Positions 1 through 11,079 of a stretch of DNA of 64,000 nt are shown here, piece by piece. Origin of the DNA: Setoptus koraiensis. Lineage: Eukaryota > Animalia > Arthropoda. Positions within the stretch are counted from its first letter, which is position 1. The number at the start of each line of letters is the position of its first letter. The DNA is taken from NCBI GenBank assembly GCA_048013815.1, contig CM106585.1, forward strand, positions 11,284,001 through 11,348,000, given 5' to 3'. Below the pieces are notes generated by a model. The model was given only the letters and a program-made list of their open reading frames with translations, was not told the origin of the DNA and ran no database searches. The position numbers were made by a program, and so were the translations under genes.

Positions 1-1048
1 AAACAAAAATGTAATGCAAACAACAAATATGTCGCCATTGCGAGTGCTGTTATCAGATTGTTAGCAGTGGCATTAATATAATTTGGCGCCCGACTGACAA
101 ATGTGAAGCAGTGTGTTGATTATAATTACCATAGTGATCTGAATAATCATAAATTGTCTTTTAATCATAAACTGTTTGTCGGATTAATGTGTATAAAATT
201 GTAGATTCCATTATGGATGACAACTGTTTGATAAAACAGACATCAGTGTCAACTGCATGCATAACTGAAACTAATCGCCTAAAAGAATTGATGAATGTGC
301 ATGTGTGTCGCGCCAGACAAAATGAGAATATGAATATCGAGTCGCTGTGAGTTGATAATTATTTCAAGTATAAAGTATATAAAACATTTCAAGCTTGAGT
401 GAAGCGGCCAACAGTGAAGATGTTTTTCATGCACGCCTACACGCGTGGTGTAGGCGTTGCTAACTTTTTATCCAGAGGTAGAGTGCTCAACAGCTATCTC
501 TGGCGAGTGTCAGCGATGGCTGCAGAGGGCTGCTGAGGGCTGCAGAGAGGAGAAGGTGAAGCCGGAGGAAGACAGAAAAGGCTAATGAACTCGTTCACTC
601 TTCTACCCTAATAATCAGCCCATCACGTGAGCGCTGCTATACGACCAAATAACATAGAGGTATGTGTACAGGTGAATGGTTGCATAACAAACATAACAGT
701 AACAAGCGGGCTTGAAATAACAACAACGAAGAAGACGAAGAGGCTTAGCGAAGCCGTATGTTAATTAGAACACTCAGGCTGTGGGCTGAGGCCGAAGAAC
801 TGTTACATTAGCAGCGACGGCAACAACAGCAACAACAATTGCAACAGGTCAGTGTGTGTGTGTGTGTGTTGATATATAAATAGCCAGCTCATAGGCTCAT
901 GGGCTCATGGGCTCATGGGCTCTGTGGCTCGCCGAGTAAACTCGTTTGCTGCGAGTGTGTGTCAAACTTGATAGCTAGACACATCGTGATAGTAGTCGTA
1001 TTCACTTGTGAAGTGCTTGATCTATCATGTGAGTCGCCTGGCTTGCCA

Positions 1049-1104
1049 GCCAGTGAGCCAGTGCGCCAGTGAGCCAGTGAGCCAGTGAGCCAGTGAGCCA
1101 GTGA
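1049..1104 (+). repeat. 8-bp tandem repeat (GCCAGTGA)x7
   Basis: Read directly; one unit is the variant GCCAGTGC. A second 8-bp array (GGCTCATG)x3 lies at about 894-918. Confidence 0.9.
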
Positions 1105-3123
1105 GCCAATAACAACAGTTTAACATTTCGAGTGCTCACACTGACAAGTTTTCCGTTTCAGATTATTACTCAATGGGCTTCTCATAGCGCCGCACACAGT
1201 AGGTATAGTGATCGCATTCAACATGTACCAATGCACCATAATGCCGTGATACCATAATACCACGATACCATAATACAGTTTATGAGTGACTCATACATCC
1301 CTCTTTATATATATCAGTATATACTGGTGTGTATATCGAGCAGTGGTGGCAACAGTGATCAAACAGCAAACCTTTCCATGATGCGCAAATCATTGCGTTA
1401 ACAAAACAGCTAGCGCCATCACAAACTCAAAATACCGCTATTCTTATCGGCTATATCAGCTCAAGCAAGCCGTTGTTGTTCATTACGCGATTGTGGGCAG
1501 AGTTTCGGCCTTACCAGCCACAGTGGAGTGTTAATAAAAATAGTTTGCAAACTCATCGTCGGGGCTGACCGGCTTATCAACGTTTTGTGTAGTGTGTATA
1601 TGGTGTGGTCATTAGCATAGTTCATACCACAACAACCGTTTCTACTCTCACTGACAGTCGCATTGCGAGACACTAACCTTTGCAACTAATATTTACAATT
1701 TAATGTTCAATTAACATTAGTTATACTAAAGTAGCGATGCTAGTGCAAATAGCCGCCAATGATCGCCAACGACCAACAGCGATACTAGCGACAACATCAA
1801 CAACTAAAAGTTAATCTGCGTCGACCATTGTTTAATTTTAGACCAATGTCGACAGGTACGCGTCGCGTCGCCTCGCTACACTAGACGAGCCATTATCATC
1901 ACAATCGTCGTCGCCGTGGTCGTCGTCGTCGTGGTTGTCGTTATTATTATCGTTCTAATGCAACAAACAATGAACACACTTGCCAATCACACGAGTTGCC
2001 ACTAACAACACACACACACTGTGAGAATAGACAAACAAACAATAGCCAACAATAACAAAGCCAGCTACAATCAAAAGTGACCTGTACTACAATTACATGT
2101 GCCAAAATCTTTCCAACACCTCAGCATACACCTCTAGCACCTACCCATTTATATAATAATAAATATCATACAAATTAATGTAATTATTGATGCACACCTA
2201 ACACTATTGCAACCACTTGATAGCCACTCGATACAACACCGGCCTATCTAGATATTTTAATGTTATTTTATTGTTTATGTGTATATAAGACACCCTTTTA
2301 TTCATTCATTTGAACACTTTCATTAATTAATAGCCATTATGTTTGGAATGACAAGTTTCCTTTTGAAGCAATTGTACGAGTTGATGGCCGACGATGCAGA
2401 TTCTAATGACTTTGAGCCAATACTTCTATTCTTGGCCAATAATCAACTACCGGACCTTATTTGTGAGACATTTATTGAGATGCTAACCATAAGCGTTGTT
2501 TTAGCCTTCATTTGGATATTTGTGGCCATATCAGATATTAACTCAGTCACAGACGGATCTCATTGTAAGCTCATATCAACGTTTGCTTGTCCAGCTAAGA
2601 GTATCATGAGCGATTATTGATTGACACTATTTGGATCACCTATAACTATCTAAATGATAACTAATAATAATAATAATAAAAATAGTAATAATAATAATAA
2701 AAATAGTAATAGTAACCATTATAATAATAATGACAAATACAATTAATTAATTAAAAAACCACGTGCACATTTGTCCCTGTTATTGTGAAATGATTGATTA
2801 CAGTGTGGTATTGGTCTAGTGTTCACTAAAAGAGCTGTTCATCAAGACAATGTGGGAATGTCAGGTTCAAATAAATGGTTAATGAGAACAATTATAGATT
2901 TCGTTAGTTTGCATGTAATCTATTGAAGTTGCTAGGGAGGTACAATATCCAGATTTCACAATTTTTTTGCCGTTTCCTGAGAGACTTGAGACAAAGCACT
3001 ATTATAATGATGATATTGTTAGGCTCATTAATGTGCAAAATTAGACTGTATCGCAACGATACCTGACAGAACTTGCTGTAAGTAGTGAGTAGAAGTGATT
3101 GATTCGTCTACTTTAACAATTGA

Positions 3124-3615
3124 TTGCTATCTAACCTGAGAGCATCACAACATCAATTATTTTATCCCGATTGGATGTCTTTACCACCTCCCATAAAGTA
3201 TCTATCGCATTTTTCTCGTCACTATGAACCAAGCTTTCTAGCGCCACCAATTCACCATGACTTTAACAAGGAACGTTCAACGAAAAAAAGTAGTCTTGAG
3301 AAGGTGGGCTTCTCCGCATTGATTGGTTCCATTGCCGCGCTTATAAGTTTTCTCATCATCTCAAATATATTCTTATCTATACCGTTGTTTGCCATAACGA
3401 TCATGCAGTTACTCCAACCAAATCAAAACAACCAAATTATACCCATACCAAACACAAACCCCCAAGTGATACCAACTACAAATGGCAAGCGCAGAAAGAG
3501 GGATCTCGACAAACCGTTCAGGGCCTACAATATCAATGGTACAAACTTAGACAAGCTACTTTTGGACCTAATAAGGATAATAAAGACATACAATGATCTA
3601 CAACAGAAAAGCTAA
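3124..3615 (+). CDS. Hypothetical membrane/secreted protein (probably the last exon)
   Basis: Open frame of 163 codons with a long hydrophobic stretch (ALIGSIAALISFLIISNIFLSIPLFAITIMQLL) and a polybasic KRRKR convertase-type site. A possible signal-peptide exon lies at 2480-2564 (MLTISVVLAFIWIFVAIS..., donor GTAAGC at 2565). Exact splicing is unresolved. Confidence 0.5.
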   Translation: MLSNLRASQHQLFYPDWMSLPPPIKYLSHFSRHYEPSFLAPPIHHDFNKERSTKKSSLEKVGFSALIGSIAALISFLIISNIFLSIPLFAITIMQLLQPNQNNQIIPIPNTNPQVIPTTNGKRRKRDLDKPFRAYNINGTNLDKLLLDLIRIIKTYNDLQQKS

Positions 3616-3974
3616 CAGTTATATTCAATATACAACAGTATAAATAATTGAGATTCTACAACGAAATAAGTTAAATAGCATAATGAATGTTATTATTTAT
3701 TGATATTATGAGATAGATAGAGGTAATTATATAGTAAACTATTACGCAAATGTATGATCATTAAGCTGAGATTAGATTGCAGTTTATCCCATGTACGACG
3801 CTCTTAGTGTCTGTCTTAAAGGGCAGTTGAATGTAAGGACTATTTTGGTAGATTCGAGATATAGGTTTGGCTAGATAATGTAGTAAAATTTAAATTACAT
3901 CATGTTATATTACAATTGTGCCACTGTTTTCTTTTTCATGAAAATTGATACCGAGGTTCGTTTGCATAAGCTAA

Positions 3975-5903
3975 TCAATATTTACTAGAAACTATAGTGC
4001 TATTGTTTTTGAATGAAGTTTTAGATGAATTTTGTGATATATTAGTGCTCGTGGTTGGCGGTATGTCTGAAGTTTGTGAGGTCTGGCCCGTTGACCGATT
4101 GAGCCCTCTAACTATAGTTATACCTCGCTCAGTGACAAAGCTGAATGCCACAGGAGGATTGCTACTAGCCTTGGCATTCGGGTTGCTCGACGAGGGATAA
4201 ATCATCTTAGAAGCAGAATTCAACTGACTTGAGGTTTGATGATTTTTGGCCATGGCGCTATTTTGGCTTATGTTGGTTTCGCATCTATTGCTAGAGTTTT
4301 GTTCATCAGCTCGACAGTTCTTGATACGACTATAGGTATAGTGATGATTGTGATTGTTAGAATTTGGTTGGCTGTAGACTGGCTGAGTGACTGACTGATT
4401 GTTACTCTTTATCGGAACATTCGCATTAGATTGAATGACACATTTGCTCATCATTGGCAACTCATTTGTATTAAAATTGGAACTGCTTGAATTGGGTAAC
4501 GAACACACTGGTGACGCATTAGTGTAAATTTGTGGTCCAATATTAGCGCCCGAGCTGCTCATTGAGTAAGCTATAGAAGTTGAGGGTCTGTTTGTTGGCA
4601 TACCATTCCTGTTCGTAGACATACTGCTAGGTATACTTATGTACGGGGGCATTATGAAACTTGGGTTAGATGAAACGTGGTTTGCCACAGCTATAGATGA
4701 GTCTGATTTGTGTGATGTGGAAGATGGATAGTAGTTGTTGTTTGGTTTAGCGACCTGCAGTATAAATCTTTTTTCAGAGCAACCATTAGAGTTAGTTGGG
4801 TTCATTTTGAATTTCTTCTCTGGTGGCATATGATTATTTCTATCCCCTTCGTCATAGGTAGTCTTGTTCGAAACGGTGCTCTGATCTGAATCCTCTCTTT
4901 CTATTATTGTAATTGCGTAAAACAACCTAATTGCATCCCTACCCCTCCAGTCATAAATATATGCCACGTCAATCAAAGTATAGTCGTCCTGCAGGACATC
5001 GTGCAAATGTAGTATTTTTATGAGATGATTCTCAGAAACAAGTCCAAACTTGATTGTGATGAACTTTTTCAATTGCGAGACTTTAAACACTGCTGGACAT
5101 CTGAGATACCTTTTGAAATGGTCAAATGATGATTCAATCGTTATGGTCTTGTTATCATCGTCGTAGCTTATTGGTTCGACGGAAATATCGATTAGATCTG
5201 TAGGATTGTAGTAGGGCTTTGGTGAGGGTACACAACCTAGTCGATCATTGAACTGGCTATTGTCGTACCATGTTCTTTTTGGAGGCGCTTTTTTAGCAGT
5301 AGAAAAAGGATTCATAATAAACAAATCAATATCATCATAATTTTCTTCGATGTCTTCGGCATTTTTATTGTCGTCATCGCTATCATCATGATCGCTGTCG
5401 TATCCATTTTTTAATTTCCTAACTTTGCTATAGTGTTTTCTTCGTCGTTCCATTTCGCAATCATACAATCCGGGTACTAACTTGTATACTATATCTTGTA
5501 GGACCCTATCCGATCGTAGCAATGACTTTGGTTTCGTCTTGTGTATTAGCATTCTACATTTGGGACAATGTAAGTGTTTCTCCAGATGTTTAAGAATGCA
5601 TGACCGGCAAAACGCATCCATACATTCGCCTATTGTGGTGGCATCAATGAGATATCCTTGACATATAAAACATTTCAACTGTTCCAGTATGTCTAGTCTG
5701 GCTCGTCTTTCCTTAACTAGTTGTGCTGTCTTCGAAGTGGGCCTAACAAGAGGCTTGGTAGTAGATACGATCGGGTTTTGTCTGTTGATGGAATTGTTGT
5801 GATTACCGGCGGCATCAATTCCAGGGTTCGATTGACTATTTCCTGGTGGAGGAGGTTTCGCCTGAATGGCATGATATGCAGCGGCGGCCGAAATAGACGA
5901 CAT
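3975..5903 (-). CDS. Psc: Polycomb group RING finger protein (Psc/BMI1/PCGF4-like), intronless, 642 aa
   Basis: RING CFICQGYLIDATTIGEC..FCRSCI..HCPKC followed by the PCGF signature LRSDRVLQDIVYKLVPGL..EMERRR. RAWUL domain RYLRCPA..LKKFI..K..DYTLIDVAYIYDWR. Long S/N-rich C-terminal region as in Psc. Confidence 0.92.
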   Translation of the reverse strand: MSSISAAAAYHAIQAKPPPPGNSQSNPGIDAAGNHNNSINRQNPIVSTTKPLVRPTSKTAQLVKERRARLDILEQLKCFICQGYLIDATTIGECMDAFCRSCILKHLEKHLHCPKCRMLIHKTKPKSLLRSDRVLQDIVYKLVPGLYDCEMERRRKHYSKVRKLKNGYDSDHDDSDDDNKNAEDIEENYDDIDLFIMNPFSTAKKAPPKRTWYDNSQFNDRLGCVPSPKPYYNPTDLIDISVEPISYDDDNKTITIESSFDHFKRYLRCPAVFKVSQLKKFITIKFGLVSENHLIKILHLHDVLQDDYTLIDVAYIYDWRGRDAIRLFYAITIIEREDSDQSTVSNKTTYDEGDRNNHMPPEKKFKMNPTNSNGCSEKRFILQVAKPNNNYYPSSTSHKSDSSIAVANHVSSNPSFIMPPYISIPSSMSTNRNGMPTNRPSTSIAYSMSSSGANIGPQIYTNASPVCSLPNSSSSNFNTNELPMMSKCVIQSNANVPIKSNNQSVTQPVYSQPNSNNHNHHYTYSRIKNCRADEQNSSNRCETNISQNSAMAKNHQTSSQLNSASKMIYPSSSNPNAKASSNPPVAFSFVTERGITIVRGLNRSTGQTSQTSDIPPTTSTNISQNSSKTSFKNNSTIVSSKY

Positions 5904-7135
5904 ATTGCTTACAACTTATTGTTATGACTAAATTTTTTCCCTACCACAGTTATTTAAATTGTGAATAGCACTCACGTAAATAAAATAGATTATTTTCAAC
6001 TAATAATAATTATATGACTCGGGTCGATGAAAGTCCCAATAAACACATCATTTGATGAATATTGCTTTATATAGATTGCTAATCTTGGCTATTGCAATTC
6101 CAAGATCGAGATAATATCAATAATAAATTGGCTTCAATTAGGAGGTCATATTTAAGCATTGGCCAGGATTCGAATCTTTGGTTATCATTCTATCGTTCGT
6201 CGTAAAGGTCAAAACGATGACGGATAAACATGTCTGTTCAATGAATTCATTTTATTCCTAATATGTTTAATTGCCTCTATGCTAGCATACACAGGTGCAT
6301 TGTTGTATTCGGGTTTTATTGCACACGATTTATCCAAAAAGTTAAAAGTGATTTTTCTCCAAACGCTACATTATCCCAGATGTGTGATTGATCATAAATT
6401 CTCGTCTCGTGAATTCAATAATAACAATCATTTTTATCGTCCTTATGAAACAACACAGTACTAGCCAAAAGTATCTTGACTTATGTAATAACAGTTATGG
6501 TGACTAGAATAAAGAGTTCGACCAGTACCGCGAGATTCAAATATTTTTCTGCCAAGCTGGCAGTCTAAGCGTCCATAATCTAACCATGCTGACCGCTCAT
6601 TGGTTATATTCACATTTTCCCTCTGCCTTATTCATCTACGCTGCAGACCTCTCACGCTAACAAACGTTTGGCGTAAATCCCATGAAAATGAGACAGCATT
6701 TCAGCCGAAAGAGTGCTCACTTTCGAATGAGATGGTAAGGCCTTCGAGAATCCAGATATACCAAAACAAGTAGAGATTAGGACAATCTATGGCTGTTGTC
6801 AAGACTATAGCCAGTCATTGATGGATCGACCCTTGGAGTGAGAGTGTCTTCAGAAAAAAAAAACGTCGTCCGGTGCGGAGATTTCTTAGAATATTTCGAG
6901 TAACTCCGTGGCTGATTCTCTTAATCTTAGAAAGCTTTCGGCTTAAATTGATTGAGTTGGTCGCGGAAACAAAAAAAAAAGATTCAAGCTAAATTATTCA
7001 CATTTTTATGCCAAGTCGAAGTTAAATCTATGATGATAGAGTAAATTGACACGGTTTCATGCTACACTTGATGCATCAAAATCGATGGAAAGGAAGTGGA
7101 TACAGTATTTTCAATTCATCTCAAGGTTGACTTCC

Positions 7136-8573
7136 TCATTGGAGTGCAGTTATTATTATTGGGTTGTTAGGCGATAGCTGACTAGTTGTACCGTGCTCAA
7201 TTATTTTAGGGCTATGATTCATAAGAGGGCTTGGGTCTTCCGATTCACGAGATCGTTTACCAACAATCCAAGGATGCCTCAATGCCTCATGAGGCGTAAG
7301 ACGACATTTGGGGTCCCACTCTAGGCAGCGTTTTACAAAGTCTATGAATTCTTCCTCGCAGTCATAATTTTTGAGTGCGGTCTTCCAGCTTCTTGATGCG
7401 GGAGGTCCGCGCCAATTACCACGTTTACTCATGCCTCCTTTCAGTATGCATTCACCATCAACATATTCTCTAGTTTTGGCACAATAACGCGGGAATCCTT
7501 CTGACGTGATCAATACCTTTACACGTTCCTTCTTGGCAGTGGCAAGTAAACTTTTAGGTGGTAGACCCAAGAGTTCAACAATACAGGCAAACTGATCGAA
7601 TTCGTCTTCACCAGGCATAATAGGGTGGCCACTGGTAAGTTCGGCAAGAATGCATCCAAATGACCACATGTCTATCGGCATACCATACTGACATTGTAAG
7701 ATGGTTTCTGGTGATCGGTAGAACCTGTCAAGGAGCATAAAGATTTTTGTTAGATTTGGCTTAGGTTTGATAAGTAACGAACAAAATAGAAGACAGCTTC
7801 GAATGAATTGATAAATACCTTGATTGGATATATGTGTGAATTCTTTGGTCTTCGAAGCATGATGAACCGAAATCTATTACTTTTATACCATAACTACTCT
7901 GCTGTTTGAGCAGCACGTTCTCTGGCTTGAGATCACAATGTATTATTTTTAGTTCATTAAGAGCTTTCAAGCATTTCAACATCCTATAGGCAAATTTTCT
8001 GACTAATTGAACACTAAATCCAGCAAATTTGTTCTTTTGTGATAATTCATATAAGTTCAGACTCAACATTTCGAAAGTTAGGCATGTGTGACTGCGAAAC
8101 ATAAATTCGTCAAATATGTGCACCACATTCATCTTATTTTGTTCATCTTTCTTTCGCAATGCTTTCAAAATTTTAATCTCTTGTACAGCTTGCCGGTGGA
8201 ATCTATTTTCGTTTCTTACCATTTTAAGCGCCACCATTTGTTGATTTTTGTGATCAAATGCCTTCACGACACTTCCAAAGCTACCCTTGCCTATTACTTT
8301 GAGCACTTCATACCTATAGGCAACATGGTCATGAGACACGTGAACGTAGCCACCAGATTCATCGTCGTAGCCGTAATTCTTAGTTTTCTTTCGTTCATTC
8401 TTTTTATTTAGGCAAGGGCCTAAGTAGTAAATATCTTGATAATGTAGTATTTCATTTCGCTCATACTCGGTCAATCTTGTATGATAAAATGCCTGTACAT
8501 GTTCTGGTGAGAGAGGATTCTTCCATGATCTTCCTACCAGAGTGTGAGTGGTATTTTTGGGCTTGTGTTCCAT
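7136..8573 (-). CDS. DYRK2: Class-2 DYRK kinase (DYRK2/3-like); exons 8573-7819 and 7724-7136, about 447 aa
   Basis: NAPA-like region [15 protein letters not shown] box [34 protein letters not shown] and the RGPP insert. A 94-nt GT-AG intron (7818-7725) joins HTYIQSR to FYRSPE in frame. Extra upstream exons are not excluded. Confidence 0.93.
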
Positions 8574-11060
8574 TGTTCTCAATTAATTGAGAGTAGTTTG
8601 AAAATTTACTAATCAATTGTGCGTGTTATAGTCTTTCTATTGAGTAACGTTGACTTTGTTGTTGTGGCGCTTAAATGGTTTTGTTTTGCTTTAGTTTTTG
8701 TTATATCCAATGAGTATGCTAGAAGATGTCGAGTGAGATAATGTTACGGTACAATAATAATTCGTTAATTTTCGCTATGTATTCTAATTGATTAGCTATT
8801 ACTGAGAAAAGTTTGCAACTAGTGGTCTGGTCGCTAATGGACCATTGAGTGGGCAGCAGAAGTTGATAATCCAATGGTGAAGTCGTCAGATAGTGGGGTA
8901 ATGGTGGATGAGTGTAGGCGCACTTCTAGAGCCTGTTGCAATTGATGTCGCACCTGGCAAGTAACTTGGCTTGGTCACTATATCTAGAGCTGGGGTACCC
9001 AGGCAGAGGTGTCCATCTACTAGTTGACAAATGAGGTAGTATTGTGTTAATATCCAAGTTGTTATTGAATGACTACTTGTTGTTGTTACAACTGTATTCT
9101 ATTGTTTGCTATCATTGATTGTTGTTCATGCGAGGAGGATGAATGCCGGATCCGAATGCATAATTCGTTGTCGTTTTTACGATTATTATATGATTATTGT
9201 GATAATAAAAATAATAATCGTTGCTTTTTTGTCTATGATTATTCATCAAAAAGAAAGAAAAAAATAAATAATAAATATTGTCGTATAAATAGTAAGTTTG
9301 TAATAATGTTTCGCTGAGTCAACTGGTAGCTTGGTCACAGATTTGGGTCTGTTCTGTCTAGCGGGACAGGACCTAAATTTGTCTCACATGAGTCGTCCTT
9401 TGTCAAAGAAACTGATTGACAAGTTGCCGTTTTTGATTCGTTTTATCGCAAGCGTCTGTGAGTGGTTGTATTTTGCTGAAAGCGTGCGCAATAGACTGCA
9501 ATATTGCTGGCGACGTGAGCGTCCGCTTTTGGCAAGTGCGAAATTTAAATGCTGTTGCACTAATTGATGCGCTTGCGATCGCAAGCCATTATGGACGGGC
9601 ATGCACTAATTATGACATATTGGCCACTGAATGTGTGTGTTGGCGAATGTTTTGCACTGGCCAAACCAAAGGGCAACTAGTCGTCTGGTTTTTGGGCGAA
9701 CGCAATTGATGATTAGATTGACAAAAATTATCGTCTATACATACCTTATAATCTAAAGTTGACATACGATGACGAGTCAAGTGTTTGTTGCGCCGTGATA
9801 CCGTCGGTGCTGATGATAATAATAATAGTGTCCGGCCGGCACACAAATATGGAATTAAAATACTGATTGTAACGGGCAGTGTTATCGGTATTATCTGAGT
9901 GTTATTTGGTGCAACAACTAATAATATTTTGTATTGAATTGTTTGTTGTCTATTAGATATATTGGCGATGATGATCACTGTGAGACAAACAACAACACAA
10001 AAATGACAACATATCAGGCTTTGTCCGTTCTGTTGTTATTGTTGCCAGCACTACTGTTGCTACTTGGGCCAGTTTATTGTGTATTTGGCAGAGTGTGCAG
10101 CGTTCGATGCCAGCGTCCATCAGCATCTTCAACGTGAACTAGTTATTGTTGTTGTTCGTTTCGGTGGTGCTGGCACTACTTGCAGTGTTTAGTGCTGCTG
10201 GCTTCATTGGTTGTTGATTCTTCTCAAAAGGCTCACTCTACTCACAAACTTGGACACAACACAAATATTGCGGAAGGGGGGCAAACACACACACACACTC
10301 ACACAATGAGCGAGCCATCTTGTGTCTGTGCACCATTCGGCCAGTCATGAGCGAACGCTGACCTTCTTCTTCTTCTTGTTCGTCGAACACCACACACGCA
10401 CACACACACACATCCGCTGATTCTTTATTCGGGGATTTCACTGATCCGCAATACAGCGCCGGACTCCACTAGGCTGCCACTGGCGGTGTGCGCACTACAA
10501 ATGAACTCACTTCACCCACAATCGGGGTTATTCCTCCAAAGCGTCGTTCGCCCAAATTCTCTATCCTACATGCTATTCATACCCCCAAAATAGGTGTTTG
10601 CTTGCACTGCGGCACAAGTGCGGTGTGTATATTTACGACCACACTAGTGTTATTGTTTCTCGTGATTATAAATAAACTTTTATATCAACCTATTACAGTT
10701 GCTAACTTGCGCTAAATTACGCCAACTTGTCAATAACGCTCATGTATTGGCTGACTTTTGTGCGAATATGCGACACTAATTGATGTTATAGTAGTTGCAA
10801 TTTGTTTGGCGGCGCAACCGGATCTTTTGCAGCACTTCTAGCGGCACCTCAGCTTCACTAATACAAACGATCGCCACTCGATAACCGATGATAGCTTTGC
10901 GAGCACACAACACCACTAATAGCGGCTCGCCAGAAAGAAAGGGTCATTGAACCGCGCACATATGGGGCCCCTCAAAATGTGTGTGCTGGCACGAGATAAT
11001 CCTGTCAGTGCCAGAGCGAGAGAGCCTTGTGGACAGTGGTGAGGACCCTGCTGCAGTGTT

Positions 11061-11079
11061 CGCGCGCGCGCGCGCGCGC
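11061..11079. repeat. Pure (CG)9 dinucleotide tract
   Basis: Read directly; flanked by GTGTT...AACAC. A (CG)6 tract also occurs at 18917-18928. Confidence 0.95.

Noticed and set aside
6175-6186. TCTTTGGTTATC, matching the first 12 nt of miR-9
   Set aside because: The remainder diverges and no complementary star arm (..ACCAAAG) is nearby.
9032-9085. TGAGGTAGTA, a let-7-like 5' end with a weak possible hairpin
   Set aside because: Only 10 nt match, the pairing is poor, and no miR-100 or miR-125 is visible nearby.
8600-10450. Short ORFs upstream of DYRK as possible N-terminal exons
   Set aside because: The frames are fragmented by stops, have no recognisable motifs, and I found no consistent splice path.
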